Shown here piece by piece: positions 41,375-55,000 of a DNA stretch of 64,000 nucleotides. Each line of letters begins with the position of its first letter. The first letter of the stretch is position 1. The translations under genes were made by a program, and so were the position numbers. The stretch comes from Octopus sinensis. Taxonomy: Eukaryota. The notes under the pieces are model-generated. The model did no database searches. It saw nothing but the letters and a program-made list of their open reading frames with translations, and was not told where the DNA came from. Where the stretch lies: assembly GCF_006345805.1 (NCBI RefSeq), contig NC_042997.1, forward strand, positions 114,576,001 to 114,640,000. Reading direction: 5' to 3'.

Positions 41375-41466
41375 TATATAATATATATATATGTATGTAT
41401 TTGTATGTAGTATGTATTAGAAAATAAGGTACTCAGAATCTGGATGGTTGTACATTTACAGATTTT

Positions 41467-41517
<51 letters not shown>

Positions 41518-41618
41518 ATTATATATATATATATATAATATATATATATATGTATATATACAATATATATATATATATATACATATATATATACATTATA
41601 TATACATTATATATAAAT

Positions 41619-41673
<55 letters not shown>

Positions 41674-41714
41674 GATACATATATATACATATATATATAT
41701 ATCCATATATATAC

Positions 41715-41749
<35 letters not shown>

Positions 41750-41935
41750 CACTATAACATATATATATATAGAGATATATATATATAAATATATATATAT
41801 ATACATATATACATATATATATTATATATATACATATATATATATATATAACATATATATATATATATATACATATATATAATATAATACATTATAATTA
41901 TATATTACATATATATATATATATACTGATACATA

Positions 41936-41985
<50 letters not shown>

Positions 41986-42158
41986 TATCTATATATATTA
42001 TATATATATACATATATATACAATATATACATATATATACATAATATACATATATATACATTATATTATATATATACATATATATACATATATATACATA
42101 TATATCATATATATACATATATATATACTATATATACATATATACATATATTATATAC

Positions 42159-42192
<34 letters not shown>

Positions 42193-42193
42193 C

Positions 42194-42257
<64 letters not shown>

Positions 42258-42466
42258 CATATACATATATATATACATATATATATATACTATATATATT
42301 ATATACATATATAATACATAATATATATATATACATATATATATATACATATATATATATAATAACATATACCATATATATATACATATACATATATTAT
42401 ATACATATTATATATACATATATATATTATATACATATATATATATATATACTATATTATATATAC

Positions 42467-42538
<72 letters not shown>

Positions 42539-42666
42539 ATATATCTATATATATAAATATTATATATATATATTATAATATAATATATATATATATATTA
42601 TATATACATATATATATATATATATATAATATATATATAATACATATATATAATATATAATATATA

Positions 42667-42698
<32 letters not shown>

Positions 42699-42722
42699 GT
42701 ATATATATTATATATATATATC

Positions 42723-42782
<60 letters not shown>

Positions 42783-42788
42783 CTATAC

Positions 42789-42819
<31 letters not shown>

Positions 42820-42903
42820 ACATAATATAGATATTATATATATATTAGGTTATATCCATAATATATCTATATATATACATATATATATATATATATTATT
42901 ATA

Positions 42904-42947
<44 letters not shown>

Positions 42948-42950
42948 ATC

Positions 42951-42982
<32 letters not shown>

Positions 42983-43582
42983 CTCTATATTATATATATA
43001 CCTCTATCTATATCAATAGATATATCTATATACCCTAATATCTATATATATCCATATATATATAATATATAATATCCATATATCGATATATATATATAAC
43101 ATATATATATATATATATACATCTATATATATATATATACATATATATCTATATATATATCCTCTATATCTATATATATATCTATACATCTATTATATAT
43201 ATATACATATATATATATATTATATCTACATATATACTATATATCCTATATATACATATATATATATATATATATACATATATATATAGATACTATATAA
43301 ATACTATATACCCTATCTATATATATACAGATATATATATATATACATATATATCTATATATACATATATATCTAGATATACATATATATATCCATATAT
43401 ATATACATACTATCTATATATATATAATACCATATATAATATACATATAATATATCTATATATATATATCTATATATACCGATATATATATATCTATATA
43501 TATATATATTCGACATCTATATATATATTACAATATATCATATATACATATATATATATATATATATATTATATATTATAAC

Positions 43583-43628
<46 letters not shown>

Positions 43629-44587
43629 AACATATATATATATACATATATATCATATATATATATTATATATACATTATATATAACATATATATATCTA
43701 TATATATATATCTATATATATATATATATCATCTATATCTTATATTATATATATATTAATATTATATTACATATCTATATATCTACCTATAGATATATAA
43801 TATATATACATATATACATATATAATATATATATACTATATCATATATACATATATATATATATATATAATATATATATATATTATTATATATATACCTT
43901 TAAACAAGAGAACAAGAAACCATGATGGTCCTCTGAAGACACTTGTCCTAGGTCACTTTGACTATTGCTCTCAGCTTGGTCACCATCCAGTGTCAAGTTG
44001 ATCACAGAACTTGAGGCGATCCAACGAAGCTACACGAAGAAGATAGCCTCTATGCAGAATGTAAGCTACTGGAAAGACTCAAGAGATTAAAATTATATTC
44101 CCTGGAGCGTAGGCGGGAAAGATATGCCATAATATACATCTGGAAGATCCTGGAGGGAAGTGTCCTGAACTTTGGCATCGAGAGTTACGCAAACGCCAGA
44201 ACTGGGCGCCACTGCGTGGTGCCTAGGACTCCAAACTTGCCATCAAGATGTAGGACAAGATTCTGTGATAGCCTGGGCTTCCGAGGCCCACAGCTCTTCA
44301 ATATCCTCCCGATGAACCTGAGAGACCTGCATGGGGTGGATACAGATGTCTTTAAAATGGAGCTGGATCTCTTCCTGTCAGGTGTCCCAGATGAACCAAC
44401 TTCACGGCAGGAGGGGCAGATGAGGGCAGCTGCATCGAACTCTCTCATGCACCAAATAGCAGTTGCTAGAAAGCCTCCATGAAGTGAAACCAAGTAGCAA
44501 CACCAAATGGCGGTGCCCCAGCATGCCACACAGCTCATGAGCTGAAACTGGAATCAATCAATCAATCAATCATATATATATAATATA

Positions 44588-44621
<34 letters not shown>

Positions 44622-44646
44622 CATATATATATATAATATATATATA

Positions 44647-44703
<57 letters not shown>

Positions 44704-44760
44704 AGATATATAATATATACATATATATATTATATACATATATATATATATATAATATAC

Positions 44761-44811
<51 letters not shown>

Positions 44812-44926
44812 CATATATTATATATATATACATATATAATATATATATCCATAATATATATATATACAATCTATATATATATATTATACATAATATATAA
44901 TATATATACATATATATATATATTAC

Positions 44927-44979
<53 letters not shown>

Positions 44980-45052
44980 CATATATAATATATATATACA
45001 TATATATATATACAGTATATATATATATATACATATATAATATATACATATA

Positions 45053-45083
<31 letters not shown>

Positions 45084-45141
45084 CATTATATATATATACA
45101 TATATATATCTATATATATATATATATATACTATATCATTA

Positions 45142-45177
<36 letters not shown>

Positions 45178-45328
45178 TAATATATATATATATATATATA
45201 TATTCCTCTATATATATATATATCATATAATATATATCGATCTAATATATATATATACATATCTATACATATATATATCCATATAATATATTATATATAT
45301 ATATATATATAATACTATATATATACTA

Positions 45329-45359
<31 letters not shown>

Positions 45360-45415
45360 CATATATATACATTATATATATATCCCTACATATATATATA
45401 TATATATACTACATA

Positions 45416-45455
<40 letters not shown>

Positions 45456-45694
45456 CTATATATACATCTATATACATATATATACATATATATACATATA
45501 TATACATATATATACATATATCTTACCATATATCCATATATATACATCTATATATATACTACATATACATATATATACCTATATATATATATACCTATAG
45601 ATATATATACCTATATATACATATCATATATATACATATATATATATATACCTAGCTATATAATACATATATATATACATATATATCTATATAC

Positions 45695-45727
<33 letters not shown>

Positions 45728-45729
45728 AG

Positions 45730-45770
<41 letters not shown>

Positions 45771-45840
45771 CATATATATATACATATATATATATAATAT
45801 ACATATATATATATCTATATACATATATATATATCTATAC

Positions 45841-45878
<38 letters not shown>

Positions 45879-46228
45879 TATATATACATATATATATATA
45901 TACCATATATATATACATATATATATACATAATACATATATATACATATTATATATATACATACTATATATATATACATATATATATATACTACATATAT
46001 ATATCATACATATAATATATATACATATATATCTACATAATACATATATATACATATATATATATAATACATATATATATATATACATCTATATATATAT
46101 ATCATATATATATATACATATATATATTATATACACATATATATATATATACAATATATATATATACATATATATATATATACATATATATAATATACAT
46201 AATATATATACACATATATATATATAAC

Positions 46229-46291
<63 letters not shown>

Positions 46292-46340
46292 CACATATAT
46301 ATATACATAATATATATATATACACATATATATAATATAC

Positions 46341-46371
<31 letters not shown>

Positions 46372-46403
46372 CATATATATATATACATATATATATATAC
46401 ACA

Positions 46404-46435
<32 letters not shown>

Positions 46436-46470
46436 CACATATATATATATACATATATATATATACATAT

Positions 46471-46502
<32 letters not shown>

Positions 46503-46537
46503 CACATATATATATATATACATATATATATATACAC

Positions 46538-46606
<69 letters not shown>

Positions 46607-46641
46607 CATATATATATATATACACATATATATATATACAC

Positions 46642-46672
<31 letters not shown>

Positions 46673-46688
46673 CATATATATATAATAC

Positions 46689-46775
<87 letters not shown>

Positions 46776-46882
46776 ATATATATTATACATATATATATAT
46801 ATTATACATATATATATATATATATACAATATATTATATATATATAATATATATATATACAATATATATAATATATATATAA

Positions 46883-46936
<54 letters not shown>

Positions 46937-49900
46937 TAGCGGGGGAAGGATCTTTATGCTTTGGTTCTTTGGACATTAGCAATCTTCATAAGAAAAACGA
47001 AAAGAAAAGAAAAAGAATGGTGGAAAGAAGGGAATAGAAAAGAAGAAAATGTTTTGGGACCATGTGGGAATGTGGTTCTATAGGGATGAATTAAGATGAG
47101 ATGGAGAAACAGGGTGTTGAGTTGCAAAGAGTATCTGTGGAAAGAGATGGGCATAGGAGGGAAGGTGTTTGAGTGGGGTTGGGATGCAGGTGGTTTGTTG
47201 GGGCTGAGTGGTGTTGGGTAGGATATGAATGTGGTAAAGGTGAAAAATGCGGGGAAACGGCGAAACAAGCTAAAGAATAAAACAATTTGTGTCTGCATAG
47301 TATATGTGTGTGTGTGTGTATGTATGTGTATGTGTACGTTTGTGTGTCTGTGTTTGTCACCCCAACATCGCTTGACAACTGATGCTGGTGTGTTTACTTC
47401 CACATAACTTAGCAGTTCAGCAAAAGAGGCTGATAGAATAAGTACTAGGCTTACAAAGAATAAGTCCTGGGGTCAATTTGCTCAACTAAAGGCGGTGCTC
47501 CAGCATGGCCACAGTCAAATGATTGAAACAAGTAAAAAAGTAAAGAGAGAGTAATAGTATGTACATATATATGTATGTATGCATGTAGGTATGTATGTAT
47601 GTATGCATGCATGTATGTATCTATATATGCATGTATGTATGCTTGTATTTATGGTTGTATGTATGTTAGCTAAAGGAGAACAACCTCCACATAAACCAAA
47701 AAAGAGGTATAAGGACTTGTTGAAGGCTTCCTTAAGAGATGCTTGCATCTCTCCTGACACATGGGAAGGCATAGCTATTGATTGTGCACGAGGGGACAGC
47801 CACTTTTGAGAAATCTCGAGTTGCACATGAGAAAGTAAGGAGAAATGTCAGGAAGGGCATCGCTGTTGCACTTCCAGATGGGAAGGGTCTTCCTTTGATG
47901 CTGACATGCAATGTCTGTGCAATATCTGCCTCAGTAAAGCTGGACTCAAAAGTCATCTTCGTAGTCATAAAGCGAGACAGATTAGTGACAACCTGGCCAC
48001 TGATGGTGGTGTAACACACCATACTAATCATATCTGTCGAGCATGTGGAAGAGAGTGTAATTCGGCAGGAGGACTTAAACGACATGCAAAGGTACATGAA
48101 GCCCAGTTACAACTACAGCCAGCTATTACCGGTAAAGGTATTAGTTGCCAATTCTGTACAAGACATTGTAGATCTTTAGCTGGGCTAAAAAGTCACATTT
48201 GATCACAGCACCAGTAACAGTTAAGCTTCATGCAATGGCCATACTCGATAATGAGGGAGCAGCCATAATAATAATGCATGTATGCTTGTATGTATGTATG
48301 CATGTATTTCATCTATTCTCATAATTTCTTTTCTCTATCCCAAATCATTTTGTCTGGTCTGTTGTGCAAGCATTTTATTGAAGCCTTGACAGAAGTTTTC
48401 CACCAGCATTCTTTCATACTGTCTGTGGTTATGATAATGATATAATGATATAATAATAATTGTGTACAGTGCTCAGGTGCACTACAACTCATCTAAAGTG
48501 TATATATAATCAGGTGTAGTTTCGGCGGATTTCGGAAAGCATGAGGGCCTTAAAGGATGCAGTGTCATGGCAGTCAACAACTGACGCAGGCAGTTTATTC
48601 CATGCTTCAGCAACTCTGAGCGTGAAAAAATGTTTCCGAAAGTCATGGGAGCTGTGTTGTTTTCTGACTTTGTAGGCATGTCCACGTGTGTTAGACACAT
48701 GGAGATCAAAAGGTGTTCAGTGTTGTTGTTGGTGAGGTGGTTGATAACTTTGTGGGTGTTTACCAAGTCCGTCGCCAGACGCCGGAGCTTCAGTGAATCC
48801 ATGCCCAGAGAAACAAGGCGCTCAGAATATGGTAGGTGTCTGATGGAGGGTATGCGTTTGGTTGCACGTCTCTGGACAGATTCCAGGAGGTCAATGTTCT
48901 GAGCAAGATAGGGGTTCCAAACTGATGATGCGAATTCCAAGTGTGGTCGTACCATAGCTGTATACAGTTTTAAATAGATGGCTGGAGAGCGGCTAACAAA
49001 AGTCTTGCTAAGTGATGCCAAGACACCCTCGGCCTTCTTGACAATTTTAGAGATATGCTTTGTCCAACGCAAATCACTAATGACAGTGATGCCTAGGTCA
49101 CGCTCGCAAGAGGATTTCTTGATATCAGTGTTGTGGAGGGAGTATGTGGACGCAGGGTTTTTTCTCCCAAAATGCATGGTGGTACACTTGTCCACAGCCA
49201 GTTTCTGTTGCCAGTCTGTGATCCATTGCTGCATTGTGTCTAGGTCTGATTGCAGGAAAGAGTTGTAGACATCAGCATCTGTCCTCTTGATTTCAAGGTA
49301 CAGCTTGATGTCGTCTGCATATTTCAATACTGTGGCATTCTTTAAATTGGCATCTATGTCATTAATGTATGCCACAAACAAGAGGGGACCAAGGACAGAT
49401 CCCTGTGGTACACCCGATGACATCTCATATGGTGTAGAATGCTGTCCTAGAACTGTGACTACCTCCTTTTGGCTGAGAATGAAGGATTTCAACAAGTTAA
49501 AAAGGTCATCCCTCACACCCATTGCAGAGAGTTTCACCATAAACCTTTTGTGTGGCACAGAGTTGAAAGCCTTAGCAAAGTCAAGGTAGACAACATCCAC
49601 CCATGAACCACTGTCAGTGATCTGAGTAATGTCCTCAAGGAACTCGACAAGCTGATCACTGCAGCTGGAGTTAGGGACAAATCCATATTGTGAGGGTCGG
49701 ATGAGACAGTGAGAGCTCCAGAAGTTCCAGAGTGTTTCTCTGACACACGATTCCATCAGTTTTGCAATACAGCTAGTGAGATTGACTGGGCGATAGTTGA
49801 CAGGTGATGTGCGGTCACCCTTTTTGAACAGAGGAATGACACTGGCAGTTTTCCACTGCTCCGGAGTGGCACCATTGTTGAGACAGTACTGGAAGAAAAT

Positions 49901-52064
49901 AGAAAGCTGATGTAAAAGGAAGTACCTGCCACGTTTGAGGAGCAGGTATGTAACTCCATCGAGACCAGGGGAGGCATAGTTGCGCTTATTTTGAAGGTGA
50001 CGTCGCAGCATTGCAGGTGTAAATTCCATAGTTGTTATGGAATTTGCTGTTAGTGATGGTGAAGATGGTACATTTTGACTTTCAACAGTGAATATGTTTG
50101 CATAGCACTCGGCAATGAGTTCTGCGCATTCCTTGGGGTCGTCAGTGATCTGGTTTGTGTGAGGGTTGCGAAGAGGGCCCACTGGAGAGTGAGGTCTCTG
50201 CTTTGAATGCACATATTTCCAGAAAACCTTGCTGTCAGGATTGGCTGCTATGCACTGTTCAAATTCAAGCACTGTTTTTTGTCACTTGCTTGAGATGGTT
50301 GGAAGATTTATTCTGCTTCTTCCTGTTGGTGTCTGATTTATGCAACTTGTATTCCCGTTCAGCAATCCGACGTTCCTTCCTGGCAAGTCGGACCGCTGAA
50401 GTTTCCCAAATTGCCCTTTTGGGGCGGTTCTTCTTTTTCTGTTTATGTGGCACTGATGCTGCACATGCTGCCCATATTGAGTCCAGGATACTCTGGAGTA
50501 TAGTATTCACATCTCCAGAGTTGTAGAATTCACGCCAGTTTGGGTGCTGTAGTTCAGTGTGGTACAGGTTCCAATCTGCTCTCTTCCAATCAAAGGAAGC
50601 AGATTGGAGATGGTTCAGGTTTTTGTTGCCCACAAGAGCCAGATTGGCGATGATCATAGCATGATCAGAGTCACCTAGAGGTTCCTCCGTAGTGCAATTG
50701 ATAACCGCTTCAGGAGTTGTGGTGAAGAGCAGGTCCAAGGTGTTGTCACCTCTTGTTGGAGAGGTGACTACTTGTGACCAGTTTGAGTCCAGTACAAGCT
50801 CAACAAAATCGTTTGCACTCTGTGGCTAATGGAAGGTTTCCCAATTGATCTCAGGATGATTGAAATCACCTGCAATAAAAACATAAGTGACTGTTTTCCT
50901 GGCAGCAGCTCGGAGGATATCGCAAAGCTGTGTGTCCTGATGGTAATTTGGGGGACGATAAACAACGCCAAGCAGGAGTGTTGACATGATCATACGTACA
51001 TCACAGAAAAAAAACTTCTTCTTGTGATTCGTTCAAATCGGCACAAGGAATTACCAAAAAATTTGAACAAACGTAGACCATCACACCACCACCACGGCGG
51101 TTAATGCGGTCCTTACGGAAGAGGTTGTACCCCGTAATGTTGAAAACCCCATCACAGAGTAAGGAATGCGCCCATGTTTCTGTGACAGTGGTGAAGTCAG
51201 GGTCAATACTTCTGACGTAGGCGTTGAACAAATGTATTTTGTTGCATAAACTGCGAGCATTTAAGGACAACAATTTGTACCCTGCTTGCAGTTTATGATG
51301 GTGTGTAGAGGATGGCAGGTTGTTCTGGTTTAGTTTCCCTGAGTTGCTGTAGTCTTTTTAGATTTTTTTCAGTGTCAGTTATTGTGGGTAGAGAGCACTC
51401 AGACCAGCTGGTATCTCTCTTCCATGTTTCAGCAGTCTTAACAAATCTCCAGATTTGTCTATCTTCACGAAGACTGAAACTTTCTTGTAGAGCTGAGTTC
51501 CGGTTCAGGGAAGCCGCTACACGTAGCTTCGGACGTACATCGGATGGTAAGCCTGGGCGTGTTCGGAAGGTAGTCCGATTTTCACGCCCAGCTTTAACTG
51601 AGGCCAGATGGTATGAGGTTGCCTTAGCGTGGTCTGAAAAAGACAGCTTGATGAGCCTGGGTTTTGGGCCAGGTCGTCCAAGGCGGAGAGCACCCGTTGG
51701 GGGAACGCAGCCTAGGTCTTTGGCTGAGTTGGCAGCAAATGCCTGAAGATCAGCCATGTCTTCTGGCACCCCAATGGCAATAACTTCATGGGTAGCAGAA
51801 TCCGTGGTCTTAGATTCGGCAAGAGGTACAGGTACAGGGAGGTTCTTTAGCAGAGCATTCCGATAAGACCCCTCATTGTGGAGTCCAACCTGAATGCTAG
51901 CTTTTATTCCTGCTACTTCCCCTCTTAAAGCACAGATCGATTGTTGCAGTTCTGCAAGAACCGCACTGGTCAATTGGTGTTGTTGTTGTTGTTGTTGCTG
52001 CTGCTGCTCTAGTTGTGGTTGATTTTGTTGTTGCTGCTGCTGTTGTTGCTGCTGCTGTTGTTGT

Positions 52065-52098
<34 letters not shown>

Positions 52099-55000
52099 CT
52101 GGTTGTGGTTGATTTTGTTGTTGCTGCTGTTGTTGTTGCTGCTACTGCTCTAGTTGTGGTTGATTTTGTTGTTGCTGCTGTTGCTGTTCCGCCTCCTCCA
52201 CGGGAGTGGCAGGGGGAGACACAATCGTCGGTTGTGGAGGCATGCAGGCCTGACACTGAAAAGTCCAAGATTTAAGCTGAACCATCTTCCAGAGTCTATC
52301 CATCATAGCATTATGATGGCTCTTTTTTTGGCCTGGGATCTTCTGAAAATCCGTGGCACATTGGAGTCAGACAGAGATGAGACATGTCCCACATTCGACC
52401 CAGCAATTATGGAACGTATTTTCGGGTTCCGTACAGATGTGGCAGGTGTGATTTTCTGGGCAGTGTTCTATTTTGGAGCAGCGACCAGTCTTATCGCACT
52501 CCACTATGGATTCCACCATGGCGATTTTGTTGCTTCTGGTCATCCGTAGAGACAGAAAATGCCCTCATCATTACTGTAACTCCTTTCATTTATCTCTTCG
52601 AGATTATCCTTTCTACAGATTTCATTATATTATGTATGTATGCATGTGTGAACAGACACATGTATGAATTTATGCATGCATGAATGTGCGTGTGTGTGTG
52701 TGTGCATGTGTGTGTATTTGTTGGTTGGCTGCCATTTGACGTGGTGGAGAATACTCTCTCAAAGCTCTGGGTGTTAAAACACCTGAAAGTCATGGAGAGG
52801 CAAGATAAATCACTTCCAATCCCATCCAGGAATGATAAGCACCTATGGATACACACGCACACATACACACACTCATACAAATATATATTTATATAGATAT
52901 GTTTGTGTGTGTGTATGTGTATGTTTGCATATGCAAAATAAATTATGCACTATAAATATACATATATCAAATATGCAAATAATACAAATTAAAATCATTA
53001 GCATGTTCATGGATATCTTAATTACAATAATGACTTTGATTTATTCTAAATACAGTCCTTTTTTTTTTATAGTTAAACGCTGACTTCAACAAGTGCAATT
53101 GTATAGTAGCTTTGTCCAAATGGTTGGAAGCTATTGGTTTGTCTGCCAATGATGGAACTTACTTTAAGAACTGGCTCAACGACATTGTAAAACCAGATAA
53201 AGGAGGTAAGTTTTCTACACATGTACAGGTGGAGACGTGGGTGTGTGGTAAGAAGCTTGCTTCCCAACCGCATGGTTCTAGGTTCAGTCTCACTATGTGG
53301 CACCTTGGTGGGGCAAGTGTCTTTTACTATAGCATCAGGCTGACCAAAGCCTTGTGAGTGGATTTGTTAGATGTACACTAAAAGAAAGCCTGCCATATGT
53401 GTGTGTGTGTGTGTGTGTGCTTCTATGTTTGTCCTCCACCACCACTTCACAACTGCTGTTGGTGTGTTTACATCCTCATAATTTAGCGATTCAACAAAAA
53501 ATAGAATAAGTAGAATGCTTAAAAAGAAAAAAAATAAGTATAGGCATTGATTCATTTATCTAAGAATTTCTCAAGGCTGTGCTCCAGCATGGCCCCAGTC
53601 TAATGACTGGAACAAGTAAAAAGTAAAAGATAAACACTAAATGATATAGAACCTTGTTTGTCTCTGATTCATTCATCACTGATCCAGAATAACATGGTAC
53701 ACATAATTGTGAACCCTGTTGTGCTTATCAGGGATTGAACTATGATAGCACAAGTTGGTAATCAAAGATTCTGCTTGTACAACAAAAGTGTGCCCCAGCA
53801 ACTACTTGACTATATTTTATGGATTTACATCAGTGGTTCTTAACTGGGGTCCACATGGCTTTTGGTGGGGTCCATATAAGATTTTGTCTTTAAAATCCAT
53901 GTGCAATAAGATGGTTATGCTTCTACAACACACAAAATATTTGAACAATTTTTTATATGATTTCTAATAATATTTAATCATAAAAATGTAATAGGATTTC
54001 TTTAAAAAAAATTCAGTGGGTATGAGGGTCCAGTAGAGTAAAATAGGAACGAAAGGGGCCGATAAGCAAAAAATGACTGAGAACCACAGATTTACATAAT
54101 TAACCCTTTTGTTAACCCTTTCGTTACCAACCTAGCTGAAGCCACCTCTGGCTCTGAGTACAAATGTCTTGTTTTCATAAGTTTTGAATTAAAATCTTCC
54201 TCCAAACCTTAGTCACAATTTATGTTCCTAACACTAGCTTAATGATAACTAAGTTATTTTACTGAATTCATTGTTATATTTAAAATCAATTGAAAGAATC
54301 ACAGAACATCTCAAGATAAATACGGTAACAAAAGGGTTAAAATATATAATAGAGAAACAATTCTTAACCCTTTCATTAGCAACCCAGCTGAAACCAGCTC
54401 TGGCACTGTAATACAATGTCTTGTTTTTATGTTTTGAATTAAAATCTTCCACTAAACCTTAGTCGCAATTTATGTTCCTAATACTAGCTGAATGATAACT
54501 AAGTTATTTTACTAAATTCTTTGTGATATTTAAAGTAATTAAAAGAAACACAGAGCATCTCAAAATAAATACAGTAATGAAAGGGTTAACATGGGACCAG
54601 TGAACAGAAAAAAATACGAATTCACCTGATCCTAACACGATGCAGACAAGTGTCTTTTTTCTGCAGGAAAAGGTAGAACTTATGAAGAAAATAAGTGACA
54701 GCAGAAGCTGCTTTGCTGTTGTGGGCTGCAAGCTTAGTATTAATGAATCTAGCATTTGTTCCATTTACAAAGCTGCCGTGCCAGTGGCACTTAAAAGGAA
54801 CCATTCGAGTGTGATCGTTACCAGCGTCGCCTTACTGGCACTTGTGCCTGTGCTAGTAGGGTGCCAAGAGCACCATCCAAGCGTGATCATTGCCAGAGCA
54901 GCCAACTGGCTTCCGTGCCAGTGGCATGTAAAAGGGCACCATTCGAGCGTGATCGTTACCAACGTTGCCTTAATGGCACCTGTGCCGGTGGCATGTGTAA

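Larger units (their letters stand above)
48440..52570 (-). mobile_element. Near full-length CR1-type LINE, disabled
   Basis: ORF1 52543-51293. ORF2 has an APE domain ([29 protein letters not shown]), an RT domain ([25 protein letters not shown]) and a TRGH...FF-x2-RV...WN-x-LP C-terminus, followed by an (ATT)n tail. Confidence 0.95.

Noticed and set aside
41448-46982. Many long Ile/Tyr-rich ORFs (also at 27240-27702 and 40678-40890)
   Set aside because: These are translations of (TA)n microsatellite.
51293-51370. Programmed -1 frameshift at A AAA AAT between LINE ORF1 and ORF2
   Set aside because: ORF2 is in the +1 frame relative to ORF1, and the -1 frame stops within about 10 codons.
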